From Candidatus Altimarinota bacterium (lineage in GTDB: Bacteria > Patescibacteriota > Gracilibacteria > CAIRYL01 > GCA-016699755): 64,000 nt of DNA. Within the stretch, counting starts at the first letter, position 1; every line of letters starts with the position of its first letter. Both the position numbers and the translations under genes were made by a program. The notes under the pieces are model-generated. The model was not told the origin of the DNA. It searched no databases and saw only the letters and a list, made by a program, of their open reading frames with translations. The DNA is taken from the NCBI GenBank assembly GCA_963664295.1, contig OY760935.1, forward strand, positions 384,001-448,000, written 5' to 3'. Below are positions 38,928 through 49,332 of the stretch, piece after piece.

Positions 38928-40406
38928 TTATTTTTCTTTAGGAAAAAGTATTTTTGCTTCTCCTAATCCGCTTTGCCAATTGTAATTTTTATCTAAATTA
39001 AGCACTTTTTTGATCTTTTCTGCTGTTTCCGGCAAAAATGGTTCAAGTATAATATTTACTCTTCTTAATGCCTCCAAAAAGTCCAATAAAATTTCTTTTG
39101 CTTTTTCTGACTCTGATTTCATCAATTTCCAAGGTTCTATGGTGTTGATTTCTTTATTTAAAAAATTTGTAAATTCAAATGGAGCAGAAATTGCATCATG
39201 AAGGACATATTCCTCCATTGCTTTGTTCATTTTTTCTTCTGTTTCCTGAAATTTCTTTTCAAAATCAGGACTTAGCTCGTTTTTAAATTCATTTATTTCT
39301 AAACGAGAAGCAAGGGTGTGTACTCTTTGTAATAAATTGCCTAAGCTATCAGCTAAATATGCATTTTTTATTTCTGTAAAACGGAATTTCGAAAAATCTG
39401 CATCTCTACCAAAGGGAACTTCATGCAATAAATAAAACCTAAGTGCATCAACACCTTCTTCTTCAACTGTTTCAAAGGGATCAACTACATTTCCTAGTGA
39501 TTTAGACATTTTTTGTCCTTCGGAGGTTAAAAATCCATGTACCAAAATTTTATCTGGTGTTTTTAATTTTGCAGAAGTAAGCATAGAAGGCCAAATGCCA
39601 GCATGAAAACGCAAAATATCTTTACCAATTAGATGAATTACCTCGCCATTTTCCCAGAATTCTTCAAATAATTCTTCATTTTCACTGCCATATCCTAAGC
39701 CAGTTATATAATTAGAAAGTGCATCACACCAAACATACATAACCTGTTCATCATCGTTTGGCACATCAACACCCCAAGGCAAAACCTCTTTTGGGCGAGT
39801 AAAAGATATGTCTTTAAAGCCTTTTTTTGCTACTGTGAGTATTTCGTTTTTGCGATAATCAGGAAGTATTTGCATTTTTTTACTTTCTATTAAATCAGTG
39901 ACTATTTTTGAGTATTTTGAAAGGTTGAAAAACCAATTTTCTTCTGATAATTCTTCTGGTTCTTTTTGGTGATTTGGACACTTGCCGTCAACTAATTCTT
40001 TTTCTGTTATAAAGGCTTCGCAACCTGCACAATAAAGCCCTTTGAATGATCTTTTTTCTAAAACCCCACTTTCTAAAATTTTATTCCAAATTTTTTGCAC
40101 TCCTTTTTTGTGTCTTTCTTCGGTTGTGCGAATAAAATCATCATTGGATATATTTAATGCTTTTGTAAGTTCTTGAAACTTTTCTGCATTGTGATCGCAA
40201 AGCTCTTGTGGACTTATCCCTTGCTCTTTTGCTGTTCTATATATCTTTGTGCCATGTTCATCTGTGCCTGTAAGGAAAAAAACATTATTTCCTTTTTGTC
40301 TGTGCCAACGAGCTATTACATCTGCTTCAATAAGCTCCATTGCAAAACCAATATGCGGAGCAGCATTAACATAGGCAATCGAAGTTGTAATATAAATATT
40401 TTTCAT
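38928..40406 (-). CDS. metG: Methionine--tRNA ligase
   Basis: Y.N..PHIG, GTDEHG, YVW.DAL, KMSKS; start placed at ATG 40406. Confidence 0.96.
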   Translation of the reverse strand: MKNIYITTSIAYVNAAPHIGFAMELIEADVIARWHRQKGNNVFFLTGTDEHGTKIYRTAKEQGISPQELCDHNAEKFQELTKALNISNDDFIRTTEERHKKGVQKIWNKILESGVLEKRSFKGLYCAGCEAFITEKELVDGKCPNHQKEPEELSEENWFFNLSKYSKIVTDLIESKKMQILPDYRKNEILTVAKKGFKDISFTRPKEVLPWGVDVPNDDEQVMYVWCDALSNYITGLGYGSENEELFEEFWENGEVIHLIGKDILRFHAGIWPSMLTSAKLKTPDKILVHGFLTSEGQKMSKSLGNVVDPFETVEEEGVDALRFYLLHEVPFGRDADFSKFRFTEIKNAYLADSLGNLLQRVHTLASRLEINEFKNELSPDFEKKFQETEEKMNKAMEEYVLHDAISAPFEFTNFLNKEINTIEPWKLMKSESEKAKEILLDFLEALRRVNIILEPFLPETAEKIKKVLNLDKNYNWQSGLGEAKILFPKEK

Positions 40407-40502
40407 TGAATAAAACAAAACTAAATTCAATATAACACGCGAAGTGGCTTTATACAAAGAAAAACACTATTAAAACTCTTGCTCACAAAAGCCGTTTATT
40501 AC

Positions 40503-40531
40503 TTGAAAAAAGGCTTATTTTAGCGTATAAT
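40503..40531 (+). promoter_or_regulatory. Sigma70-type promoter
   Basis: TTGAAA-17 nt-TATAAT. Confidence 0.65.
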
Positions 40532-40549
40532 TTAATGATAAATTGAATA

Positions 40550-42775
40550 ATGAAAAAGTTAATTTTTAAATTGGCAATGGCAATGGTGGCTTTTGGGCTA
40601 TTTTTGCCTTTTGGTTCAGCAAATGATGCTAATTTGGAACTTAGAATTCATAAAAACGACTTAACTGGTGATATTTGGGCAAATGAAAACAAGCAAATTA
40701 AGGTTATCATTGAAAAAAATGGTGAAAAAACAGGAATAAACCAAGAAATAAATGAAATAAGCGATCGCACAAAATATTCCCCTTCTGCTGGAGCAATCAA
40801 AAAAGTAGATACTACAGAATGTGTTTTTGAGTGGTTTCATGGAGATGAACAAATTAAAAAAATTGAAAAAATTACTCGCTATGAACAAGCTCCTGTTGGT
40901 GAATTTTTTGTTCCACCAACAAGAATAAGCGAAGAAAAACTAATTTTTGCTCAAGATGATGTGCCAAATTGTGGCGGTGATGACAAAGATTACGAAGCTT
41001 TTTCTGCCTGGCTAGCATCACAAGTAGATAACCCTTTTGACACTTACTCGGAAACTCTATTTGTTAATGCTGACGATGGTTTTAAATACACTGTTTCCAT
41101 TGCTGGTGAAAATAATATAAAACTTGCTACTGAAGATAATTTACAAGGATATACTTGCCAAGATGCTTTTTGTTCTGATGATATTATCATTAATGCAAAT
41201 CGCAGAAACTTAATTGATCTGGTAATTTTACAAGATGGCGATTTACCTCCTCTTGAGCTTGCTGGTGCTGACCTTGAACCTGGCAATAATGCTGAATATT
41301 CAAGCTTAGTCACAGCAGTAGGAAATTTTACAGCCAGAAGTAGTAGCTTGCTTGATTGGTCGCTTAAAATAGACGAAAACGGTTTACGAAATCCAAAAAT
41401 AGAACAAATATTTAATAAATTTTTAAATATTGCTAACGGGCTTTTTATTATCACACTTTTAGGCATTGCTTTAATGTGGAATTTTTCTGTTCTTATTCCA
41501 AAAGGTGTGCTTAAAAAATCATTGGCTTATTTTATTATTGCCATGATTACTGTTAATTTTGCTTTACCAATAACCAGACTAGCTGTTGATGGAGCAAATT
41601 TAATACAAAATTCTCTTTTTCAAGTGACAACTACAGAGGAGACAAAACAAATTGGTGCTGAAGACATTTTGCTTAGTCCTGGGTTGGAATATGGTTCTTT
41701 TGTGGGCACAAAAAAATCCTCTTATATAGAACAATCTTATCCTCAAAACCTGGGGGAAGAAGTTAATAAAGAAAGTCTTAGTAATAAAGATGATTTATAT
41801 GTAGATCGTTATCAAGAACAAGTTATTTTTAATATTATCCTTGTTGCCTTAGGTGCTATTGGTCAGCTTTTAATTGCTCTTATTATTGTATTTCGTTATG
41901 TAATTTTATGGTTTTTATTAATTTTTTCACCTTTTTTATTTGTTTTATTTCTTGTGCCTTCTTTGAGAGGTATTTTTAAGTATTGGATTTGGCTTTATTC
42001 AAGATGGATTTTGATTGGACCCCTATTAGCCATGTCTCTTTTTATTATTGTTAATATTTGGACTCACACTGGCGTGCCATTAGAAAGCACTTATCAAGCA
42101 CCTTCTGGTTTAATTTTTCCTGATGCAATTAATTTAAATATTTCTGCTCCGGGATTAAATTATGGCTTCTTAAATACCCCAAGAACAGTAATGAAATATA
42201 TCACTGCCTTGATGATGCTTTACATGGCAATTATTTTACCTTTTTGGCTTACTAGAGCTATTTTTACAAGCATAAATAATAATCAAAATAACAATGAAGA
42301 AAAAAATAATCTAATTTCCAAAATATTTAACAGAAACAAAGAAACAAATACAAACAGAGAAATCTATGAAACAACAAGTTCATCAGGCTCATCAGTACAA
42401 GCTGGACAAAAAAAAGGTTTTGTTAAGCCAAAATTAATGCCTGATATTAAAAACTTTTTTAATAAATCTGAAGAAAATGAACAAAAATCCCAATTCATGC
42501 AAAGTGAATTAAAAAATCAAGAAGCAATTAAAAATGTACCAACAGAAGATTTAATGGAAAGATCACAAATACTAGAAATAGCAAAAGACAGCGGAAAAAT
42601 AGACACTGAAAAAGAAAAGGAATTAAACATAATTCAAACAGAAATAAAAGAACGATCAAAACAAGAAGCAGAAACAAAAGAAAAAAATACTCCTGAAACA
42701 GAAACTGGCTTAGGCGACTTCACACAAGCAAATACAGAAATCAAACTAGAGGAAAAAAAAGAAGATCAAGAATAA
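40550..42775 (+). CDS. Large membrane protein, VirB6/TrbL-like CPR family
   Basis: Signal peptide; IAN..FI...NFAL.I....D..N and R...LW.L...SP.......P motifs; charged C-terminal tail. Confidence 0.6.
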   Translation: MKKLIFKLAMAMVAFGLFLPFGSANDANLELRIHKNDLTGDIWANENKQIKVIIEKNGEKTGINQEINEISDRTKYSPSAGAIKKVDTTECVFEWFHGDEQIKKIEKITRYEQAPVGEFFVPPTRISEEKLIFAQDDVPNCGGDDKDYEAFSAWLASQVDNPFDTYSETLFVNADDGFKYTVSIAGENNIKLATEDNLQGYTCQDAFCSDDIIINANRRNLIDLVILQDGDLPPLELAGADLEPGNNAEYSSLVTAVGNFTARSSSLLDWSLKIDENGLRNPKIEQIFNKFLNIANGLFIITLLGIALMWNFSVLIPKGVLKKSLAYFIIAMITVNFALPITRLAVDGANLIQNSLFQVTTTEETKQIGAEDILLSPGLEYGSFVGTKKSSYIEQSYPQNLGEEVNKESLSNKDDLYVDRYQEQVIFNIILVALGAIGQLLIALIIVFRYVILWFLLIFSPFLFVLFLVPSLRGIFKYWIWLYSRWILIGPLLAMSLFIIVNIWTHTGVPLESTYQAPSGLIFPDAINLNISAPGLNYGFLNTPRTVMKYITALMMLYMAIILPFWLTRAIFTSINNNQNNNEEKNNLISKIFNRNKETNTNREIYETTSSSGSSVQAGQKKGFVKPKLMPDIKNFFNKSEENEQKSQFMQSELKNQEAIKNVPTEDLMERSQILEIAKDSGKIDTEKEKELNIIQTEIKERSKQEAETKEKNTPETETGLGDFTQANTEIKLEEKKEDQE

Positions 42776-42833
42776 TAAGAGTTGATTTTTAAGTATATAT
42801 AAGGCAAAATTTGCTTACTTTTAAAGCTAAGCA

Positions 42834-43220
42834 ATGAAAGTTGTAATTATTATGGGATCTGAAAAAGACACTCCTCATGCGGACAAAATCACCGCTAAAC
42901 TTGATGAACTTGGGATTGCACACGAATCACATATTGCCAGTGCACACAAACAACCAAAAAAAGCACTAGAAATACTCGAAAGTAATGAAGAAAAAGAAAA
43001 AATTGTTTATATCACAATTGCTGGAAGATCAAACGCTCTTTCTGGTTTTTGCGCAGGTAATACAAAAAAACCAGTAATTGCTTGCCCTCCTTTTGCAGAC
43101 AAGGTGGATATGTTGGTTAATATTCATTCTACTATTCAAATGCCGTCTAATGTGCCGGTTTTGACTGTACTTGACCCTGCCAATGCTGCTATTGCTTCAG
43201 AACGCATTTTAAAAAACTAA
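42834..43220 (+). CDS. purE: AIR carboxylase family protein (short)
   Basis: IIMGS.KD, SAHK.P, AGRSNALSG, PVIACP. Confidence 0.9.
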   Translation: MKVVIIMGSEKDTPHADKITAKLDELGIAHESHIASAHKQPKKALEILESNEEKEKIVYITIAGRSNALSGFCAGNTKKPVIACPPFADKVDMLVNIHSTIQMPSNVPVLTVLDPANAAIASERILKN

Positions 43221-43241
43221 ATTTAATTAAAATAATAAATT

Positions 43242-44114
43242 ATGAAAACAAGAGAAAAACTTAACAAAGGATTAGCTCAGATGTTAAAAGGTGGTGTAAT
43301 TATGGATGTCACTACTCCAGAAGAAGCAAAAATAGCTGAAGAAGCAGGAGCAGTTGCCGTAATGGCCTTAGAAAGAGTTCCTTCTGATATTCGCAAAGAA
43401 GGTGGCGTAGCCAGAGCAAGTGATCCAAAAATGATTAAAGAAATTATTAAAGCAGTAAGCATACCTGTTATGGCAAAAGTGCGTATTGGTCACTTTGTTG
43501 AAGCACAGGTTTTGGAAGCTCTTGGGGTTGATTTCATTGATGAAAGTGAAGTTTTAACACCTGCTGATGATGAATTTCATATTGATAAAGAACAATTTTC
43601 TGTTCCTTTTGTTTGTGGAGCTACTTGCCTTGCTGAGGCTCTTCGCAGAATATCCGAAGGTGCGGTCATGATCCGCACAAAAGGTGAAGCAGGTACAGGT
43701 AATGTTGTTGAAGCTGTGCGTCATTTTCGTCAAATTTCTGCTGAAATGCGCTCATTAAAAAACACTCCTCCAGAAGAACTGATGACAATTGCCAAAGAAA
43801 TGGGTGCACCTATTGATATGGTGAAATATGTAGCTAAACATGGTAAATTGCCTGTTGTAAATTTTGCTGCTGGCGGTATTGCTACTCCAGCTGATGCCTC
43901 CCTTATGATGCAAATGGGCTGTGATGGTGTTTTTGTTGGCTCTGGCATTTTCCGTTCTGAAGACCCAAAAAAAAGAGCACTTGCTATTGTTCGTGCAACC
44001 ACTAATTACAATGACCCAAAAGTAATTGCTGAAGTTTCTGAAAACATTGGCGCTCCTATGGACAGCTTGGAGATTGACAGCTTGGAAACAAAAATGGCTG
44101 AAAGAGGTTGGTAA
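43242..44114 (+). CDS. pdxS: Pyridoxal 5'-phosphate synthase lyase subunit
   Basis: [30 protein letters not shown]. Confidence 0.97.
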   Translation: MKTREKLNKGLAQMLKGGVIMDVTTPEEAKIAEEAGAVAVMALERVPSDIRKEGGVARASDPKMIKEIIKAVSIPVMAKVRIGHFVEAQVLEALGVDFIDESEVLTPADDEFHIDKEQFSVPFVCGATCLAEALRRISEGAVMIRTKGEAGTGNVVEAVRHFRQISAEMRSLKNTPPEELMTIAKEMGAPIDMVKYVAKHGKLPVVNFAAGGIATPADASLMMQMGCDGVFVGSGIFRSEDPKKRALAIVRATTNYNDPKVIAEVSENIGAPMDSLEIDSLETKMAERGW

Positions 44115-44214
44115 AAAGCCATTTTATAAAAATCAATTATTTTTATAACTTGAAAAAATAGAAAAAATCCCTATACTATTCAAGCTTAATTTTTTATTTA
44201 ATTTTTAATTATTG

Positions 44215-44712
44215 ATGGATACAGCTATTAGCGGAATTAGGAGTATGTGTTTTACAAGAGCAAAAACTGCTCTTAAAGCTATAACAAAAGATGAATTTAT
44301 TCTTTTTAATGAACTTTACGCAAAATACACAAAAGAAAAAAAATGGAAAAGAAGAAAAAGAACAGATAAGTTAATCAGAATTAGAGAAAATCATGTTTTT
44401 TTTAAAAAAAATAACAGAATTTTAGGAGGTTTTACTCCACTAGAAAAAGAAAACGACTGGGTTGAACTAACAACCCTTTGGGCAAAAGTAGAAGGCAATG
44501 GAGTTGGCTCAAAATTATTAAAAACAATTAAAAAAGAATATTCAAAAATCTTTTTGTTTTGCAAAAAAGAACAAGTTGGTGCTCATAAATTTTTCGACAA
44601 AAACGGCTTCAAAGACTTAGGCAACGAACCAAAAAAATGGAATGTGGATAAATTTATCAAAAGAACACCACATTCAAAAGGTGCTCGTCTTTTCATTTGG
44701 CAAAACAACTAA
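44215..44712 (+). CDS. GNAT-family acetyltransferase
   Basis: EL..L....GNGVGSKLL, A.KFF.KNGF. Confidence 0.7.
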   Translation: MDTAISGIRSMCFTRAKTALKAITKDEFILFNELYAKYTKEKKWKRRKRTDKLIRIRENHVFFKKNNRILGGFTPLEKENDWVELTTLWAKVEGNGVGSKLLKTIKKEYSKIFLFCKKEQVGAHKFFDKNGFKDLGNEPKKWNVDKFIKRTPHSKGARLFIWQNN

Positions 44713-44733
44713 AATCCCTTTATAATAGTATTC

Positions 44734-45309
44734 ATGGAAGGGATTACAAAAATCCGCTGGCATTCTCGTGCCGGACAAGGTGCTATAACAGCTTCAAATG
44801 CACTTGCCCAAGCTATTGGTAAAGAAAAAAATAAATTCACACAAAGTTTTTCCGAATTTGGAGCAGAAAAAAGAGGCGCACCAATCAAAGCGTTTACTCG
44901 CATTGCCAACGAAGCAATAGATTATTTTCATCAAATACAAAATCCTGATTATCTTGTGCTTTTTGATACTACTTTGCTCAACAAAGGCGAACTTTCTTGG
45001 AATAATGTTTTGTCTGGACTAAATAAAAATGGAAAATTGTTAGTTAATACTGGAAAAAAAGAAAGTTCAGCTAATTTTAAAGGAAAAATATGGCATTTAA
45101 ACGCCACAAAAATAGCCCTTGAAGAAATAGGTAAAAATATCCCCAATGTTCCTCTTGTTGGGGGTTTATTAAAAATTAGCAATTTATATCCTTTAGATAA
45201 ATTTGAAGCTCACTTAAAAAAAGTACTTTCCACTTTACCACCAGAAATTATCAAAGGAAATTTACGTGCTTTTTGGCGAGGTGCTGAAGAAATTTTTCAA
45301 GTTAAATGA
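44734..45309 (+). CDS. Pyruvate/2-oxoacid:ferredoxin oxidoreductase gamma subunit
   Basis: IRWH.RAGQG, FGAEKRGAP. Confidence 0.9.
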   Translation: MEGITKIRWHSRAGQGAITASNALAQAIGKEKNKFTQSFSEFGAEKRGAPIKAFTRIANEAIDYFHQIQNPDYLVLFDTTLLNKGELSWNNVLSGLNKNGKLLVNTGKKESSANFKGKIWHLNATKIALEEIGKNIPNVPLVGGLLKISNLYPLDKFEAHLKKVLSTLPPEIIKGNLRAFWRGAEEIFQVK

Positions 45310-45650
45310 GCAAAGAAAAAAAATCATTAGCAGAAAAAAATGCAAAAGTTGACCCTAGTAAAGGCAATTTAGGCTGGAAAGAAATACCAATTGGCGGAGT
45401 TGTGCCTTCTGCTGGCAATTCTGTGAATTATCAAACTGGTAAATGGACACCAAAAGAAACAGTCTGGGATCCAAATATATGTATAAAATGCAACAGATGT
45501 GTAGATATTTGTCCTGATTCCTGCATGCTATTAGATAAAAACAATAAAATGGCAGGAATAAATAAGGAACATTGTAAAAATTGCGGTCTTTGTGTTGCTG
45601 TTTGCCCAGTTAAGGCACTTTCAATAAAAAATCTAGAAAACAATGAGTAA
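45306..45650 (+). CDS. porD: Pyruvate/2-oxoacid:ferredoxin oxidoreductase delta subunit, 2x[4Fe-4S]
   Basis: TG.W, two CxxCxxCxxxCP motifs. Confidence 0.9.
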   Translation: MSKEKKSLAEKNAKVDPSKGNLGWKEIPIGGVVPSAGNSVNYQTGKWTPKETVWDPNICIKCNRCVDICPDSCMLLDKNNKMAGINKEHCKNCGLCVAVCPVKALSIKNLENNE

Positions 45651-46830
45651 AAAAATGATAATTGATGGCAATTCTGCTGTTGCAGAAGCAATAAGGCAAA
45701 TAAACCCTGATGTTTTTGCTGGTTTTCCAATAACTCCCACTTCTCATATTATGGAGCAAGTTTCTGTTTATGCAGAAAAAAACAAAATAGATACTGAGCT
45801 TATTCTTGCAGAAAGTGAACATAGCGCAATGAGTGCTTGTATTGGCGCTTCTGCAGGCGGAGGAAGAGTGATTACTGCTACCTCTTCTCAAGGATTATCG
45901 CTCATGAATGAAGCTCTTTTTAATGCTAGTGGCATGCGCTTGCCTATTGTTTTAATCAATGGCAACAGAGCGCTTTCTGCTCCCCTTTCTATTCATGCTG
46001 ATCATTCTGATATCAATTCTGTTCGTGATACTGGCTGGATAATACTACACGCAAAAGATGCCCAAGAAGCATACGACTTAACTATCCAAGCAACTCGTAT
46101 TGCTGAAGACACAGAAATACGCACTCCTGTTATAGTAGCCATGGATGGATTTCAGGTGACACACACAAAACAACAAGTGTTAGTTGAGCAAGATGAAAAA
46201 ATAAAAAAATTCATAGGAAAAATAAAAGAAATAAATCCACTTTTAGATGTTGATAATCCTGTTTCTTATGGCACAGCAACAAAACCAGATTATTTTACTG
46301 AATGCAAAAGAAGTCAGCTTGAAGGCTTGCTTAATGCTCGCAAAATAATTCCTAAAATCGGCAAAGAATTTAAAGAAAATTTTGACCGAGATTACACAGA
46401 AGCAGGTGAAAAATTCATGCTTGATGATGCAGAATTTGCAATTGTAATTATGGGCTCTCTTTTTGGTACAATCAAAGAAGGAATAAAAAAATTAAGAAAA
46501 AATGGCATAAAAATAGGAGCATTAAGACTGCGTACATATAGACCGTTTCCTGGTGATTATGTGCGAAAAAAATTAGCTCATATTAAAAAAATTGCTATTT
46601 TTGAGCGCACTTTTACTGCTGGTGGCGAAGGTGGTCCTCTTTTTAATGAAATAAAAAGCTCACTTGCAGTTGCCTGCGAAGAAAATAATAATTATTCAAT
46701 ATTACCTTTTACTGTTGGACTAGGCGGGCGAGAGCTTTTTCCTGAACACATCAAAGATGCTTATGAAATTATGAACAGCGAACAAAAGCTTGATTTACAT
46801 GAAGGAATTTGGCTTGGAATAAGAGAATAA
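45643..46830 (+). CDS. porA: Pyruvate/2-oxoacid:ferredoxin oxidoreductase alpha subunit
   Basis: GN.AVA, FPITP, ESEHSA, ATSSQGL, NRALSAP. Confidence 0.92.
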   Translation: MSKKMIIDGNSAVAEAIRQINPDVFAGFPITPTSHIMEQVSVYAEKNKIDTELILAESEHSAMSACIGASAGGGRVITATSSQGLSLMNEALFNASGMRLPIVLINGNRALSAPLSIHADHSDINSVRDTGWIILHAKDAQEAYDLTIQATRIAEDTEIRTPVIVAMDGFQVTHTKQQVLVEQDEKIKKFIGKIKEINPLLDVDNPVSYGTATKPDYFTECKRSQLEGLLNARKIIPKIGKEFKENFDRDYTEAGEKFMLDDAEFAIVIMGSLFGTIKEGIKKLRKNGIKIGALRLRTYRPFPGDYVRKKLAHIKKIAIFERTFTAGGEGGPLFNEIKSSLAVACEENNNYSILPFTVGLGGRELFPEHIKDAYEIMNSEQKLDLHEGIWLGIRE

Positions 46831-46854
46831 AACCACAACTTTACTTATTAAAAA

Positions 46855-48591
46855 CTAAAGCCATTCTGCTCTTAATGTATCAACAAGTAAGTTTAGCTTT
46901 GCTCTTGTAGAAGGCCCAAAACCACCAGCACCAATAGTATTAGCGCTATCTATAATCCCCTCTCCAAGCTGAAAACTAAGCAAGGCGCCTGAAAATTGAT
47001 CATCAAAATCTTCAGTAAGTTCACCATTATAATAACCATAATATTTAAGAATTTTCTTAGCTCTTTTAATGTCAAGATCTATATCGCCTTTTTCTAAAAT
47101 TTTCTCAAAATACTGCAAGTCGTCTTCTGTAAAAAAAGTACAAACTTTTTCCTCTTGTCTGCCTGGAAAATCTTCCACTAAATCATCTTGATTAAGACTT
47201 TGCTGATAAACAAGCACTCTTTTTGTCATTTTTACAAATTCAGCTCGAGTCACATTACGACTAGGCACAAACTCATCACCAACTCCGCCAATAATCTCAT
47301 TATCTACTGCAAAGGCAACTTCTGGCGCAAACCAATCCTCTTTTGATACATCAGAAAAAGAATTAAAAGCATATTCTCGATCAAGCTCTATACGAGCAGA
47401 ACGAATAATTATTGTTAATGCTTCTGCACGAGATATTTTTTTATTTGGCAAAAATGCTTTTCCCTCATATGGGCTCATAATTCCCAAGTCAATCATTGTT
47501 TGTGCATATTCTGTAAACCAACTTGCCCTAGAAAAATCTAATAAGTCTACTTCTTCTGATAATGGTAAATTAAATGTTTTTGTAAGAATTTTTGCAGCTT
47601 CTGCACGATTTATAAACTCATTTGGCTTAAATTGTTTTCTTGCTCCTGCCTCAAAAATTCCTTTATCAACCATATATTCCAAGTCATCATGAAGCCAATG
47701 TTCATCTGGGATATCAAAATAAAGTCTACTTAATAATTCATCAATATCCACTTTTGGCTTTGTTTCTGTTACTGATGTTGTATCTGTGTCATCAGGCTGA
47801 CTATCGTCACTTTCTTGTGTATTTTGATCTGTTATTTCTGAGTCTCCATCACTATCTCCTCCCTCTTCTTCTTCGTTATTATTTGTCTCTGCTTCGTCAT
47901 CTTCTGGGTCATTTTGATTTACAACAGTATCGCCAATGTCAACTTTAATTGCACTTTCTATACTTCCTTTTTCTACAAAAGCAATAAAACCTTTTTGTGG
48001 ATAATCTAAGGTGATTAATTTCGCAATATCATCATACTCAAAATCTTGTTCATACCATTTTTTATTATCTGGATTAAAAATCATAAGGTCAAAAGATCCC
48101 TCTTCCACATTTTCAGGCAAGGGAATAACCATTTCCAAGGTGGGACTAAAATGTTCAGGCGGAGTTGTGCAGGTGTTTTCCTCTTCTTCTTGAGCTGTGC
48201 ATGAATTACCAAAAGTAAACAAAAATTGATAAATCACAGTAGCATCAGGATAAGGCACATCAGCAACATTAAATAAGGTTTTTCTAGTTGGCTTTAAAAG
48301 CGGATGAAGAATATTACCACTTTTATCTGTAATAACTGTGCCTTTTTCTATGCTCACACTTGCTTTTGTTGAATAATTTGTAATTTCTAAAGGTCTGGAA
48401 ACACTATCTGCTTCTTCTGGAATTTGCACAGGACGATAAAGCTCAATCTTTGAATCAGACTCAAACAAAGGCATTTCAAAAATACTTGTTGTGTCTATTT
48501 GTGACTCAGAAGTCATATCCCCTTCTGCACAAACAAAGCTAATATTTATTAGTAATAAACTTGCGATTAAAAAAAATTTTGTTTTTTTCAT
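46855..48591 (-). CDS. Secreted protein with three SLH domains and a C-terminal peptidoglycan-binding-like domain
   Basis: F.PN..INRAE, ISRAE, VTRAE; FQ...GI....G.FGP.TR; acidic linker. Confidence 0.85.
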   Translation of the reverse strand: MKKTKFFLIASLLLINISFVCAEGDMTSESQIDTTSIFEMPLFESDSKIELYRPVQIPEEADSVSRPLEITNYSTKASVSIEKGTVITDKSGNILHPLLKPTRKTLFNVADVPYPDATVIYQFLFTFGNSCTAQEEEENTCTTPPEHFSPTLEMVIPLPENVEEGSFDLMIFNPDNKKWYEQDFEYDDIAKLITLDYPQKGFIAFVEKGSIESAIKVDIGDTVVNQNDPEDDEAETNNNEEEEGGDSDGDSEITDQNTQESDDSQPDDTDTTSVTETKPKVDIDELLSRLYFDIPDEHWLHDDLEYMVDKGIFEAGARKQFKPNEFINRAEAAKILTKTFNLPLSEEVDLLDFSRASWFTEYAQTMIDLGIMSPYEGKAFLPNKKISRAEALTIIIRSARIELDREYAFNSFSDVSKEDWFAPEVAFAVDNEIIGGVGDEFVPSRNVTRAEFVKMTKRVLVYQQSLNQDDLVEDFPGRQEEKVCTFFTEDDLQYFEKILEKGDIDLDIKRAKKILKYYGYYNGELTEDFDDQFSGALLSFQLGEGIIDSANTIGAGGFGPSTRAKLNLLVDTLRAEWL

Positions 48592-48703
48592 AACTTTATT
48601 TTTAAATTTTCCTTTGTACATTAAAGAATTTATTTTGTTTTGAAAAGATGAAATTTAAAGCTTTTTGTTTGATTTTTTAGTAAAAATCTCTGAAAATAGG
48701 TTT

Positions 48704-49117
48704 ATGCAAGAATTTTTCCACAAAATCCCGGTTCTAGTACCTATTGCAACAGTAATTGTGACAGAGTTTTTAAAACTCATAATTACTTTAGTAAAAAATG
48801 GAAAAATTGGACTTAAAGATCTTTTTGCAACTGGAGGAATTCCTAGTGGTCATTCTGCTTTTGTTAGCTCATTGGCTACCATGATCTTAATCATCAAAGG
48901 CTTTGATAGCACAGAATTTGCCATTGCCTTGGTTTTTGGCTTTTTAGTAGTTTTTGACGCTATTAAACTACGAGCAGAAGCAGGCAAACACGCTGTTGTT
49001 TTAAATCAGCTCTTAGGTGAACAATGTTTAACAGAACGCCTTGGTCACACTATATTTGAAGTTTTAACTGGCATTTTTCTTGGCTGTGGGCTCACTTTTT
49101 TAATGCTTACTATTTAA
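48704..49117 (+). CDS. Divergent PAP2 (DUF212/YuiD) family protein
   Basis: GGIPSGHSA, DA..LR..AG.HA, LGHT..EV. Confidence 0.9.
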   Translation: MQEFFHKIPVLVPIATVIVTEFLKLIITLVKNGKIGLKDLFATGGIPSGHSAFVSSLATMILIIKGFDSTEFAIALVFGFLVVFDAIKLRAEAGKHAVVLNQLLGEQCLTERLGHTIFEVLTGIFLGCGLTFLMLTI

Positions 49118-49123
49118 TTTAAT

Positions 49124-49330
49124 ATGAAAAAAATATTTCATTTGTTCTTTTTGGTGTCTATTGGCTACATAACTGGTATCTTATTTGCTCAAAAACCAGG
49201 CAAAAAACTGCGTGAAGAATTAAAAAAGGCAGAAAAGCCTTGCTTAAAGCTTTTTGATGAACTTAAAAAAGCAGATAAAGAATTTATTGATTTTGCAAAA
49301 GATCAAATTGACAAACATTTAAAAAAATAA
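49124..49330 (+). CDS. YtxH-like small protein
   Basis: G...G.LFA.K.GK.LR. Confidence 0.75.
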   Translation: MKKIFHLFFLVSIGYITGILFAQKPGKKLREELKKAEKPCLKLFDELKKADKEFIDFAKDQIDKHLKK

Positions 49331-49332
49331 GA

